From Tubulanus polymorphus (taxonomy: Eukaryota; Animalia; Nemertea), in the NCBI RefSeq assembly GCF_964204645.1, contig NC_134025.1:10788001-10852000 (forward strand): DNA of 64,000 nucleotides, read 5' to 3'. Shown one piece after another: positions 24,255 through 36,100 of this stretch (position 1 is the first letter of the stretch; the number at the start of each line of letters is the position of its first letter). The position numbers were made by a program, and so were the translations under genes. The notes beneath the pieces were generated by a model, which worked only from the letters and a program-made list of their open reading frames with translations, did not search any database and was not told the DNA's origin.

Positions 24255-26258
24255 CTTCTGCTGCTGAAGCCGCGTAGCTGGATAGCTACACTGAACGTAC
24301 GATTGTTTATCCGAGCTACTCCACGATAAGTGATCAATACGCGCACCGGCTACATCAAAGGATAGAAAGCAGCGCTTATACGGATGCGACAAAATCCTTG
24401 CAGGGGATAAAATACACTTTTCGTTAGAATACGCGCGTGTACGTGCTGCTTCGCGGCGCTGACATAACTACTAAATCATCTATCCGACCTGGTTCGGTTT
24501 TTAACCGGCTATTTTCTGTTCGTCGAATGATAGCCTTTACGCGTTGTGTGCCGAGGCGCATTTTGTTTTCGGTGCCTTTGAACATCGCTTTTCCCCATCC
24601 ATCATTGTCAAAAGTGTTGTGTAGCTGCCTAAACTAATCACCTCGTAGCTCCGCCTACCGATCTGCGCCTAACCGTACTTGAATGCGCTCCGTGGACGAT
24701 GATCAATCATAAACACAATATCACTTGACGGCTTGGAGGAAATCTTGCTTGTGAGTCATTAGTTCATTAATCATATACTTTTAGGTTCAGACACCATTTC
24801 TTCTCCTTTTTCTTTTTGGGTTCTTCTAGTATCGCTGCTAAGCGGTTGCGGTCCCTTTGCCGCAGCGGAAAGTCCTCCACAACCAAAACTGAAGTGTGAT
24901 CATCAACAAGCGAACGCGCGAAGAAAGCTACGCAAACCGTGCTGGGATTCTATACTTAAACTAATCTATAAGCGAAATGATTTATGACTTGGCATAAATA
25001 TTGCCTGTAAATATCAATGACCTGAATAAAAGAAATGATTGAATGGATAAAAGAAATGTGATATATGGGGCTTTGACAGGACAGTTGGACAAAATCATTA
25101 GGGGGAATTTCGCGTAATGATTTCGTTGCCCGAATGTTTGATCATAAACTCTCGGTGTCATATTTCTATAGATAATCGCCTCATTTCGATAAGCTACGAA
25201 TAAACTATGTTCCACTATCATCAAAAATATACGGGCTGAATTGATTTTATTCAGCGTATGATCGAAATGTATTTTTCGACGTGTGAGAATATTGAATTGA
25301 GTCCTGACGATTGGATTTTTTGAATTTCATTTCATTTGAGAACACGACTGAAGCATCACATCAAAGGGCCGACCTATCCTTCAAAAGTCCTAGGTTTATG
25401 AAGATTAGATTAGATCAAAGCTACTTGACTATTGACATCATAATTAAAATCATCGTCGAGGTCGAGGTCCATTTTGGATATTGTTTAAAATGACCGAAAA
25501 GGCCGCGATATTTTTGGCATACGGTTTTGGCATATGGTCGTTTCTTTTGAATACGTGCCGTTGACGATTTGAGTTCAAATGTTATACGTTCGTTTCTTTC
25601 CGAACCTAACTGTTCACGGGGGATAAATTTTCAAAAAATTTTCAATGTCACAATATTTTTACGTATATTTTTACGAGGTCGTTACCCCTGCGGATATTTG
25701 TGAATACGAACATACGGTACCGAATCAACGTAATTCGCGCCGACCCCCAGACATCATTAATCATTCGATTCGACTCAAAATAATAAATCACCGCCGTATG
25801 TTTCCTGCTCCCGGTTGTGGCTGAAATCTAGTACTCGTGTTGATGAAATAAATCGCTAAAAATTCAATCTTTACAAAGTAGCTTCCCACAAAATACGCAC
25901 AGATCTGAAAAATGTACAGAAAATGGAGTTGGTTAGCAAGTCAATAATAAATAACCTCTATTGGCTGATTCATTCAATGAATCAATGTGGCAACAATTTA
26001 GCTAAATACTACAACATGCCGTTTTTATGCCATAACAACCGTTACAATAATGTTTATATACATTGATACCTACGTATGCGTTGGGGTTCTGTGCGAGTCG
26101 ATGTGCACTACGTCATCAAAATTGGCGTTTCAAAATAACAATCACAATATGGTCAATTTTCACGTTTATTTTGTAATAAAATATATTTCATAACTCTGAT
26201 TTCATTTTTGATTGATGATTACTTTTGAAAGACTCTACGTCGTCAATATTTTTGGGCT

Positions 26259-26680
26259 CGGGGGCGGATCCAGAAATTTGAACATAGGGCAGTGTTTTCC
26301 CAAGTATATTCTTTATGTTTCAATGAAAAATACATTCTCCTGAGAAAAGAATGTTAGTCAGGGTCAAAATGTGTGCACTACCTACTATTTCTGGCAGACG
26401 CCAAAACAGCGATCGATACCACGAAATTGTGGTCAGTTTCATCATCAATATACGATTGATATCACTATCACATTACTAAAGCATTTTCGAATAAGGAGCA
26501 TGTGGATCGAGACCCCCTAAAACCCCTTTGGACCCGCCCCTGGGGCCGGTTGCATAGTCATGGCATAGACTTAAGACCAGTCTTAGACCAATTTAGTTTA
26601 TAGCCAATCTAACAACTTAAGACCAGTCTTCAGATTAAAGACCGATTTTGGACTTAAGTCTCGACTGTGCAACTGGCCCC
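26259..26680. mobile_element. Two abutting MITEs: CAGGGGCGGATC family (26259-26542) and Harbinger-like (26542-26680)
   Basis: CGGGGGCGGATCCAG...TTGGACCCGCCCCTG, followed directly by GGGGCCGGTTGCA...TGCAACTGGCCCC. Confidence 0.75.
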
Positions 26681-26894
26681 AGTAGTTTAGTAAGTTGCCA
26701 GTCAATTCATTCAATCCATATTATATTATCTATTAAGCGATGTATATGTGCGATTTTTCAAGTCAATAAACTTTCAAGTTAGTTTTCTTGTTTAGTTTCA
26801 AGGGTAACTAACATGCATAGACCGTATACTAGTACAATACATTATTTTTGATTATGTCAATACATTACATTATTGATACATTATTCGAGAAAAT

Positions 26895-29493
26895 CTAGAA
26901 TCTTCCTTCTCGGATATGCCCTCCGTCAACATTTGCATGGTCAACCCACTTTTCCGGGGGCTTGTCTCCAACCCTAATGTTTGGTAGGCTGCTTTTATAA
27001 ACTTTTCCTGCAAAAAGTAGATAGACCACTGCATCACTAGAGAAAAACATCACGTGAGACCGGAAGTCCATGATCGGAAATTTGACGAAAACAAGGTTAT
27101 CTATTTTGAACAGGGAATAAGAACTTATTTTTGTCTTTTTATCTTAAAATAGGGATTGATCGTGCTATCTATTTGTTTGATAGATTAGATTTTTGTTTCG
27201 ATTTGGTGTCCCTTACAAACCCACCACACCTGCCGGGAGCGAAACAGGGGATTTGATTATGAGATCGAAGTACAGATATAGTTTTGTGATCGGCGGTCGA
27301 ATTTACAGAATTTTTGTTTAGATTGAAGTACTTAGTTGGAAATATGAATGGTTTATCCGATGTTATTTTAGCCAACTGGCACTTAGCTGGTTCTGATTCA
27401 CTGTTCAAAACATAAGCCTTATCTGAGATTCATTACGTATTTTGGAAAGTAAAATTCACGAAAAAAAGAACGTTTGTCTGGATGATGAAATCGTTATATT
27501 GTAGAATCAGGGTGGGCCGCCCTGGAAGAAATTACCTTGAATGAAGGGTTTCTGCGGTTTACTAAAGCATTCACAACAGCCACCTGAGCGGCAAATATTC
27601 CCGGATCGACATGGTCCACACGCTCGAAAAGAACCATTGCATGCGACGTTTCTTAAACGCGCGAGTCTCCACGGCAAGAATCCCGGGCGACAGCAACACC
27701 AGAACAGGAGTGCCGCCGCGATAAGCGATCCTAAAACTGCCCATAGCGGTTTTAGAGAATCAACAGCAAACGGTGCTGAAATATCATTGATTATTACCGC
27801 ATTATTAGTGATGTTGTTCATGTACCATTTTCCGAAAAATTTCCGTTTGAAATTAACGTACCTGGAGTATCCTCGGGTTGCAAGGTCGTTGCAGTTGCCG
27901 CTTCAGTAGTAGAAATAGTAGTCGTGGGTTTGACTACGCAATACGAAGGACTGTACACGCTTTGATCACTTCCATCACGACAATTATCTGACAACGACAC
28001 GTCACATTTCAGCGTTTTACCCACGCATCGGCTGTTATTACATTGGATATACCATTTATCCATTTTGCAGTCACCTAAGATGGCACAATCTGCTCATTCA
28101 GAGACCTTGACGTTGGTTATGCAATTAATTTGGCTACTCTATATTCACTCATGAAGAGGGAGTTGACGTTGTTAATGCCAGGGGTGGATCCAGTGTCAAC
28201 GGAAAGGGGGCCTTTTTCCAAGCTTTGCTGCGATTTCGTTGTCACGATTTTAAGAACTTCTTTAATGGCGAAACAGCTATATATTGATATTTTTTCCAGT
28301 TGTTCAAGTTTAATTTTGACTTTTCTTCCGAACAAAACTCTGCATATTCAGTCCAGAATTTTTGGCTATAGAATTTTCAAAGGACCCCCAAAATCTAAGG
28401 GGGTTGTCTAGACCCCACAGATACCCCTCCGTATCCGCCACTGAATGCTTGATCAGATTTACAACATTTCACCTATATTCAAAATTTACTAAATCAGGAA
28501 ACGTAAACACTAGACTTAGATACGTTTGAGCAACAGGACCTACCGATGAAAAAGGATGTGTATTCAAACCAAAGACGCAGATCTCTTTCATCGGTCAGTT
28601 TGGTCGTTAGTGTTGAAGTAGTTGCTGGGCTTGGTGTTGATGTTGATGCTTTGGTCGTTGTTGGTATCGCGGAGGTCTGTGTGTGTGAAGTCAGCGTCAC
28701 GGTCGTCGAAGAGGCGCTGGTTGATTCAGCCAGCGTGGATGTTTGACCCGTGCTATCGGAGACTGTCGACGGCGTATCTCCTTCACTTGTCGTAGAAGTA
28801 GTTGCAGACGTGGTTGTAGCTTCTGTCGATTTTTTTATACTTGCGGACGATGATGTGACCTCGGTGGTTTTTGGAGAACTTGCGAAAGAGGTTGCGGTGT
28901 TGGTCGTTAGCATTGTTCTTACGGCGGGTGATTTCGGTGGCGCGGCAACATAAAAATGAATTTTGAAGACAGTAGCGTTTGAGTAAAAATCAACAGGAGT
29001 ACCGACACCGCAAATTGTCTTCGATGCTGATTTTTTTGCAGTTCCGTTGAAGACCTCGTAGATCTTCACGAATGCTGTTACGCAATCTACTGAACCGTTC
29101 CAACCGACCACGCGGAATGGCCAGCCCCGAAAGTGAAAAACCATCTGTTGGCCTTCGATGCCCGTTAGCGTCACCCAACAATTCAAATCGGCATCGCCCC
29201 ATTCGTACATACTATTATCGTGGCCTATGATTCCCCCAGCGTATGGATTGATCGTTTGATTGCAAATCGAAATCAGTTTATCTACAATGCAAAGTGTAGC
29301 TCTACACATCTACATTATATTCAATGAACCATGTACATCTACTTTGAAATCATCTACAAAACAATATTCGATGCACAATATATCTACAAAGATATTTGAG
29401 AATGATCCATCGATACTTACTGTACCTCGGCTGCGCAGTGACAGGAGGCGAGACTAACGAAATGCCAATCGCTGCTGCGATACACAGAAACAT
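26895..29493 (-). CDS. Single-pass receptor: signal peptide, CUB domain with Ser/Thr-rich insert, LDLa, TM, Cys-rich tail (LDLRAD2/NETO-like architecture), 458 aa
   Basis: Exons 29493-29421, 29281-28544, 28074-27862, 27775-27536 and 27007-26895; all introns are phase 1 and GT-AG, total 1377 nt. CUB: CNQTI..GGII...NCWVTL...VDC..FVKIYE..ICG..DFYS..FKIHF. LDLa: CKMDKWYIQCNNSRCV...LKCD...NCRDGSDQ. TM: LWAVLGSLIAAALLFW. Confidence 0.85.
27132..27345 (-). repeat. Copy of a ~220-bp dispersed repeat (other copies at ~38290-38468, 39655-39853 and 39935-40131 on +, ~44010-44222 on -)
   Basis: All five copies share the core AAATCAAACCCC.GTTTCGCT(C)CCGGCAGGTGTGGTGGGTTTGTAAGGGACACCAAATC...CCCTATTTCAAGAT. 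Confidence 0.75.
28179..28443. mobile_element. Intronic MITE of the CAGGGGCGGATCCAG family
   Basis: CAGGGGTGGATCC...GTATCCGCCACTG, with AATGC on both flanks. Confidence 0.7.
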
Positions 29494-30128
29494 TTTCTTT
29501 GTCTATTTTTCTAAGTTCCTGCAAATTCGACCAAGTGTCTTAATATATCGTTGGTTGCAATAGAAATGTTGGCGACCGATCGGTTTGTTGATTTCACATT
29601 TTTTTCGCTTTGCATTTCCCGCATTCTTTAGTAGCGATTGCCGTTGTCAAGCAGGTTTGAATAGCTAATTTTCCATGCCTTTTACTATACGTAAAATTTA
29701 CTGATTTTTAGTGATGCCATAAAATCTCATTAATAGGGAAACCATTGTATGAATGTGCAATTATTAGCTTTGTATTGATTCCGAGAAAAGGAACGAACGA
29801 ATTATTTTAATGTGTCGTTATATCTGCATCGGAGCACCTTCTTTAAGGGCGTGCAGATTTGGCTGACCTAAGATTACCCCTTTCTACGACTACGCAGCAG
29901 GCGAGAGAATAGGAAAAAAGATATATTCGCCGAATTGACAGGACATTCAAACAATCTCGTTTTCTATCTGTCAGATCAGAGATTCTAATCAAACATCAGA
30001 TATGAATGCATGCTGAATATATTTTCGAACAAACGCAAACACCGGGTGCGTTTTTTCAGTTGACATCAATCACGAGCGTTATCGTTTTGATTGTTACTTG
30101 CGGTAAACAGAATTATCAAATTTGCCAC

Positions 30129-30165
30129 TATAAAAAACGAATTTTAGCCTAGAAATTTCGTCAGT
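30129..30165 (+). promoter_or_regulatory. TATA box + initiator core promoter of the metalloprotease gene
   Basis: TATAAAAA at 30129-30136; TCAGT initiator at 30161-30165, about 30 bp downstream; ATG at 30194. Confidence 0.6.
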
Positions 30166-30193
30166 GCCTGATTGGATCGTCTCAATATTGAAT

Positions 30194-33100
30194 ATGTTGG
30201 GTCTCGTTTGGTTTTTCGTTCTCGTCTTGCACGTTTTATCAACCGTAACCGCTGAGGTAAAATCGATGATTACAATATTTTCTATACACCTTCCTAGAAT
30301 TCAAAAGACTGACATTTTAAACTTCAAGCAACTACGAATAACTATTGATCCTATTTGTTGCCACGGGATCTTGGGCCTGAAAAACGTCACGAATTTAGAT
30401 TTGAGATCCTAGTTTTTGAGATCCTAGTTTAGATCATTTTTCAATCTGTAACACTTTTCGATTCACTGGACGACACGTATCAAGCTGCCGTCATTCGGAT
30501 TATCATTCTAAATGTTGGAAAACGTTTTTTTTCGCAATAAACATATTATATTATTTTCCTAAAACTTTATCACGGAGATCGGAGTGAAGATTACTTACTT
30601 ATACGTATCACCATTTTCAGGCTACGATTGAACGTGTCCGGATTGCTAAATCCTTGTTCGTCGATTGTAAGTAGATTGTAATTAGATAGCTAATCATTTC
30701 ATTCAATAAGTAAAAGCTGATATAATAAATTTTTTTGCAAAAAGTAAATCTTTTCTCACTTTGAACAAAAAATTCAGCGTTATGTTTATTTTTTATGGTG
30801 GCTGATATTCGGGCCAAGTTAAGAAAAAAAAAGATTCCGTGCAATATGCCATGCACAGAATATATCGCTTCGTTTCTGCGTCCGTTTCGCCGCGCAGAAA
30901 TACGCCAGAACGACCGAAGCGTTTCTTCGCCCGCTTCTATGCGTTTCTTCGCTGTGCTATCTCGTTTCTGCGCGCCGTACAAACAAACTTCGTTTCTTCG
31001 CCGCGAAGAAACACAAATTACCGCAGAAACGAAGCAATACATTTTCTCATTGTGTATTGCACGGAATTTTTCTTTCTAACTTGGCCCGAATCAGCCACCA
31101 TAATGCATATTGGATCTTTTCGAATGCACTACATTTTGATCATAATTCTCAACTTGTATCTTTGACCTTACCTACGTATATTGTTAAGAGAAAAAGAGGT
31201 GATGATTCGTGACCGAATGAGAATTGAGAATAACAATAACCACTTTTTTACCATATTCTTAGGACGATGAATATTTTCACGTATTTCTAAATATTGATAA
31301 ACGTTTTTTTTTGTAGGGGATTACAGGATCAGCTATGGTAAGTCTTGCGATTAGTGACAATAAAGCTTGGCCCTCGGTAGTAAAGGGATATTAGACAATT
31401 TTGACTATACGACATGGCCCGATTTTATCGTCGTGATTATTCATTTTGGCAAGATTTGAAATAAACATCGATTCTTTTAATTTCGCGATAAAGAACCGGA
31501 ATTTCAAGAATTCGTCGATATGAAAAATCACTATCCGGAATCGGGTTCCTACTACAAAGTACTGACGTTCAAGGCGTTCGGCAAAGACTGGACGATCGAA
31601 ATGGAGAAAAACAACGTTCTTTTGGCCAAGAACGCGATGGTCGAGACACGCTCGATGGACGGCGGTGTAATCAAGACTAGGCCATTCCACCGAGACTGTT
31701 ACTACATCGGTCGAGCATCAGCCGGGGTGCATGAAGACGGCTGGGCGGCGTTTACTTTCTGCAACGGAAAGGTGAGTGCAGTGTACGGATAGGGCCCGCC
31801 GCAGGAACCGTTACAAAAAAATTGTTTGGTTTGCGCGTGTAAGCTGATGTTTAAGTCGTACGATATCAAAAATAAGATACAAATGCACCTTGTAACACGT
31901 CAACACGACTTTGTAATTCTAAATTTTGGCCGGACAAAATTGTGCCCTAGCTGCGGAAATTATACCGTGGATTTTATTGTAGACGGCTGGGTACATCGTT
32001 ACAAATATCAACGATTATCTCATCAATCCGATGATCGCAAAACCACCGGCTTCAGAACAGAGGAAGAGAGACGTAGATTTCATGCACGAGCTCAAACGGT
32101 CTTTGATGGAATCGGCGGGAAAAGGTACGTAATAGGTTCGATTTGTCGTGATGTGATAAGATTTCGAACGAATCACAATCTTACCGCCGTGTATATCGCA
32201 GAACATTCGAGAACTAAACGTTACCCGGACGAGAAACACGACTGGAACATGGTTCACTTCGGACCGGAGCATCTGCCGAATGGTCGAGTGTTGCATTACG
32301 AAATAGCTGCCATGATGGATGACGTAGGTATTATATGGTCGAAACATCATTAGAAATCCGTATCAATACAGATATCAATGGACATCTAATTTCTCAAATA
32401 CCAACGCAGATTTAAAATAAGATTAATGCGATATGGGGGACAGGCAGCACATTTTTCGCTACTCTTTGATTGTAGTCGCGAGTTTACTTACATTTGTTTC
32501 ACTTCTTATCGTTTTGTATTATCAAACAAATTTAGATGATTCCACAGTTTTTGGTTAAATATATAGCCGCGTTCACACTAGATTCGGCGCTTGCGAAGTA
32601 TCGTACTTCGCTGGTGCCGAATTCACCAAAATACGGCGCTTTTACAGCCATTTACGTTCACACTACGAGTCGGCTACGAGCAATTATCTTAGTTAGATAA
32701 TTGCTCGTAGGAGTCGGCAATTCGGCACTTAGTAAGCCCAGTATAGTAGTCAACCAGTGTGCCAATAGAGGGGTGTAATAAGTGCTAAGTTTTTTGTACA
32801 AGGAGGATGTGAATACGCGGCTAGCTAAGCGCCGAATCTGCGTTCACACTACAGAAAATGCGCGGCCAGCTCAGTGCCGTACTGAGATCGGGTTTTCGGC
32901 GCGGAATCGCATTCCGTGCTCAATAAGCCGCGTATTTCAGTACGGAACTGAAACGCCGCGAATAGGCCTCGAATAATTTCGTAGTGTGAACGCTTAGTAC
33001 CGTACTGAAATCCTAGTGTGAACGCAGCTTATATTTACATGCAGATAATATTTAGTATCTTAAGAATTAGTGTATTAAGAATTGCGCGATGAGCGTCTGT

Positions 33101-36100
33101 ATGTATGATCCAGGGGCTCAGCTCTGTGTATGGGCAATCGGCTCACCGTAGGCTTTATAAATCCACGTATTTACATGTATATTTCAGTCGTACAAAAATG
33201 ATTTTTACGCCGAGGTCGTTAATTCAGAGGACGAGCTCATACTGCACATTGAACAAATTTTCCTTTTCGTAAGTTTTAACGTCAGTTCGAAACAATAGAT
33301 ATTCAAGATATTTTGATTTGACACATTATGCATTATAAAAAAAAAGAATTCAGTGAAATGCAACTATTTCTTCTTATTGATGCAATCATCATTCAACCAT
33401 CGTATGATTGGCTACAGGCTAATTTTTTCCCCAATTGGGTATCTCTTTCAGTAAAATTGACATTCCGGATATAATATATATGTCGTTAAGTGTTGGATTT
33501 TCATTTTAAGGCGCAGTTGTGGTACATACATCCTTCGTTAGGATTTCAAGTCTGGTTAACGCTGCAGAAACTGATTTTCCTCGATAAACCATTTGAAAAA
33601 CTCGAAGATCCATGGCACGTAAGTGTTCGAAAATTTTCGAGATTAATCTCCCTGGTTATATGAATGATTCTTTGAATTCGCGAATTTGCAGAGGATGCAT
33701 AAATATGATACCATTTTTAAGATTAACGGGCATTGTTCTATCGTTGTTTCTGCTACAACCCAAAAATCAAAGTAATTCTCATGTTTCGCAATAATACTAT
33801 CCCCGATCGCTTTTCTTAACAAAACTTACGAAGAAACTGTTAAGGTATTTGCATAAGTGGTCGATGTTATTGAAGGTGTAAAATCATAGTCATGGAGATG
33901 AATTTCAACTGTGAATATACTTACCTATCCTCAACAGCAAACGGCTATGACCGCGGCATGCAAGTGGCAGGGTGAAACGTTCAAAGATAGCAAGGATTGG
34001 GACGATCTGGTGATGTTTTCAAAGTATGTATACATTATTTATGAAAACCAGAATATCGCTTTTTGGATACACCAATGGGACAATATTTAGAGGCTTCGAA
34101 GATTCATAAATGTTTTTTCCCTTTTTTCAGCCGAAGAGAAATGTGGGGAGGACTTGGTGGAGTTTGTAAGTTTGTAACATTTTCGATGATTCTTTTTGAT
34201 CATAACGATGTGAAATAAAAAAAGTCATTCAGTCATTAATAAGAAATATCGTCTCGTTCTTGCGTTCTGGTATTAATACGAAATGCATAATGTAAAATTA
34301 CAGCCTTTTCATCCGGTGCGTGCAGTGAACCTACTGATCATTGCTGTGGCGTAGCTGCTCAGGGTGGCTGGATGATGAGCACTACGAGTAGGACGGTAGC
34401 TCACGAACTTGCTCACGGGTACGTAGGATAAAATGCACGGAAATATTTCTTTCAATCATATCATTTTGATATCACGATTGATAATTATGTATGGGTTTCT
34501 AGCCCACTTATACGGAAGCGTCCTCAGGACATTGAAAAATATTTTGAATAGTCCTGGTTAAAAAACAAATTCGTTTTTTTTTAGAAAAGCAATTCGATTT
34601 TGGAAAAACATTTTCTTCAAAAATTTGGATTCTTTTTCTTCAAAAATAGGATTATTTCTCCAAAAAATGGAATTTTTCCCAAAAATTGGATTTCTTTTTC
34701 AAAAATAGGTTTTTATGAAAAAACTGAATTTTTTTCCATGTCCCCAGGACGATTCGGTACAATCAACCATGAAGAATAATTTTTGATCCGACAATCGTAT
34801 CGATATTAGATTTTGAAATGAAAAATTCTCGACGTAGATTGGGAATGCCAGACGACTATCGTTGGCCGATGTCAGAGTTTTGCTACACGGGACTGATGAG
34901 ATCTGGTGTCTACGAAGATCACGACTGGGCGCGATGCAGCGTGCAACGATTCGAAAACTTCTTAAAGTAAACACGGATTTATATTTCAAAGATTTTTTGC
35001 ACGTATCGGTAATTTCAAAATATTTCAAATTTTTTACAATGAATGATATTACTGCATGTTTCTGATAGTGAATAGGTCGACGACCGAATGATTGAAAAAA
35101 CACTGGTCATTTCTTGTTTTTCATTTAAAGCGTAAATGGAACCGAATGCGTACACAAAAAGAACACGCCTAGTTTGGCGCCCGATCAGATCACTCCGGGT
35201 AACATACCAGGTACGCGTGTAGTGGTACATCATTTTCGTTAAGACTTCTTGCACATTTTCACAGTGAAAAAATCATCGAATTGTTTTTATATTCTGTTTT
35301 GTGAATTGTATGATGAATGATTACATGCCTTCAAAAAATTATTGAACTACGTACATAGAATCATATGACTACTTTTTCCCATAGCGGTATCAGACTTAGG
35401 CAGGGTGATAATCTATCCCCAAAAAAATTTCTTATGAGAAATGTGTACCCCAGTTTGTTTACCAACTGGATAAAAACGAAGACACGAATCGGTTGAGTGT
35501 TTCGGTTACGCTTTACGCTGACGATACCGTTTTGATTTCAGATTCTGCTTTTATCACGGCTAGAATAAAATGGCCTCTAGGATGGAATTGATCGAGAGAC
35601 AGTCCATTGTCGTTAAATGCATAAACATGTAGTTTTTCTATTGCAGTGAATGTTGCCTGGCGGGCAAAGGTCGAGCAGAGCAGTACAAACGGCCGAGAAG
35701 TGGATTGGGGAGCGTGGCATGCCACTGACGGAGCGGTACACGGGCTACCTCTGAAACCTGAAAACGGTAAGCAAAGCGAAAGTACCTGGGCCACAGGACC
35801 GTATACACTTTTTAAACATTTAACTAAGATTGGAAGATTCTATTTTTTAAAACGAAGAACACATGAACCAAAAAATATTATTCAATGGTTTTTTTATAGT
35901 AAACCTTAACCATATAGTTAGGTTTAAGCGTTTCTATAAGTTTAGTCCAAAAGAATTTTCAAACTTTATTTCGTCATATTAAAATTATTGATATTGAATA
36001 AACTATTCATTGCAGCAACACTTGGATCATGTACGATGACAAAACCACAAAGGGACCCCTGGATAAAAGTCACATTGGAAAATGAATACGCCAATAAACC

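Noticed and set aside
24255-24392. 46-aa N-terminal extension of Frizzled in the ORF track
   Set aside because: It starts at TTG; the first ATG (24254) directly begins a typical signal peptide.
31826-32353. 175-aa ORF as a single exon
   Set aside because: Only 32202-32323 is coding in this frame; exon 31983-32124 uses another frame and the rest is intron.
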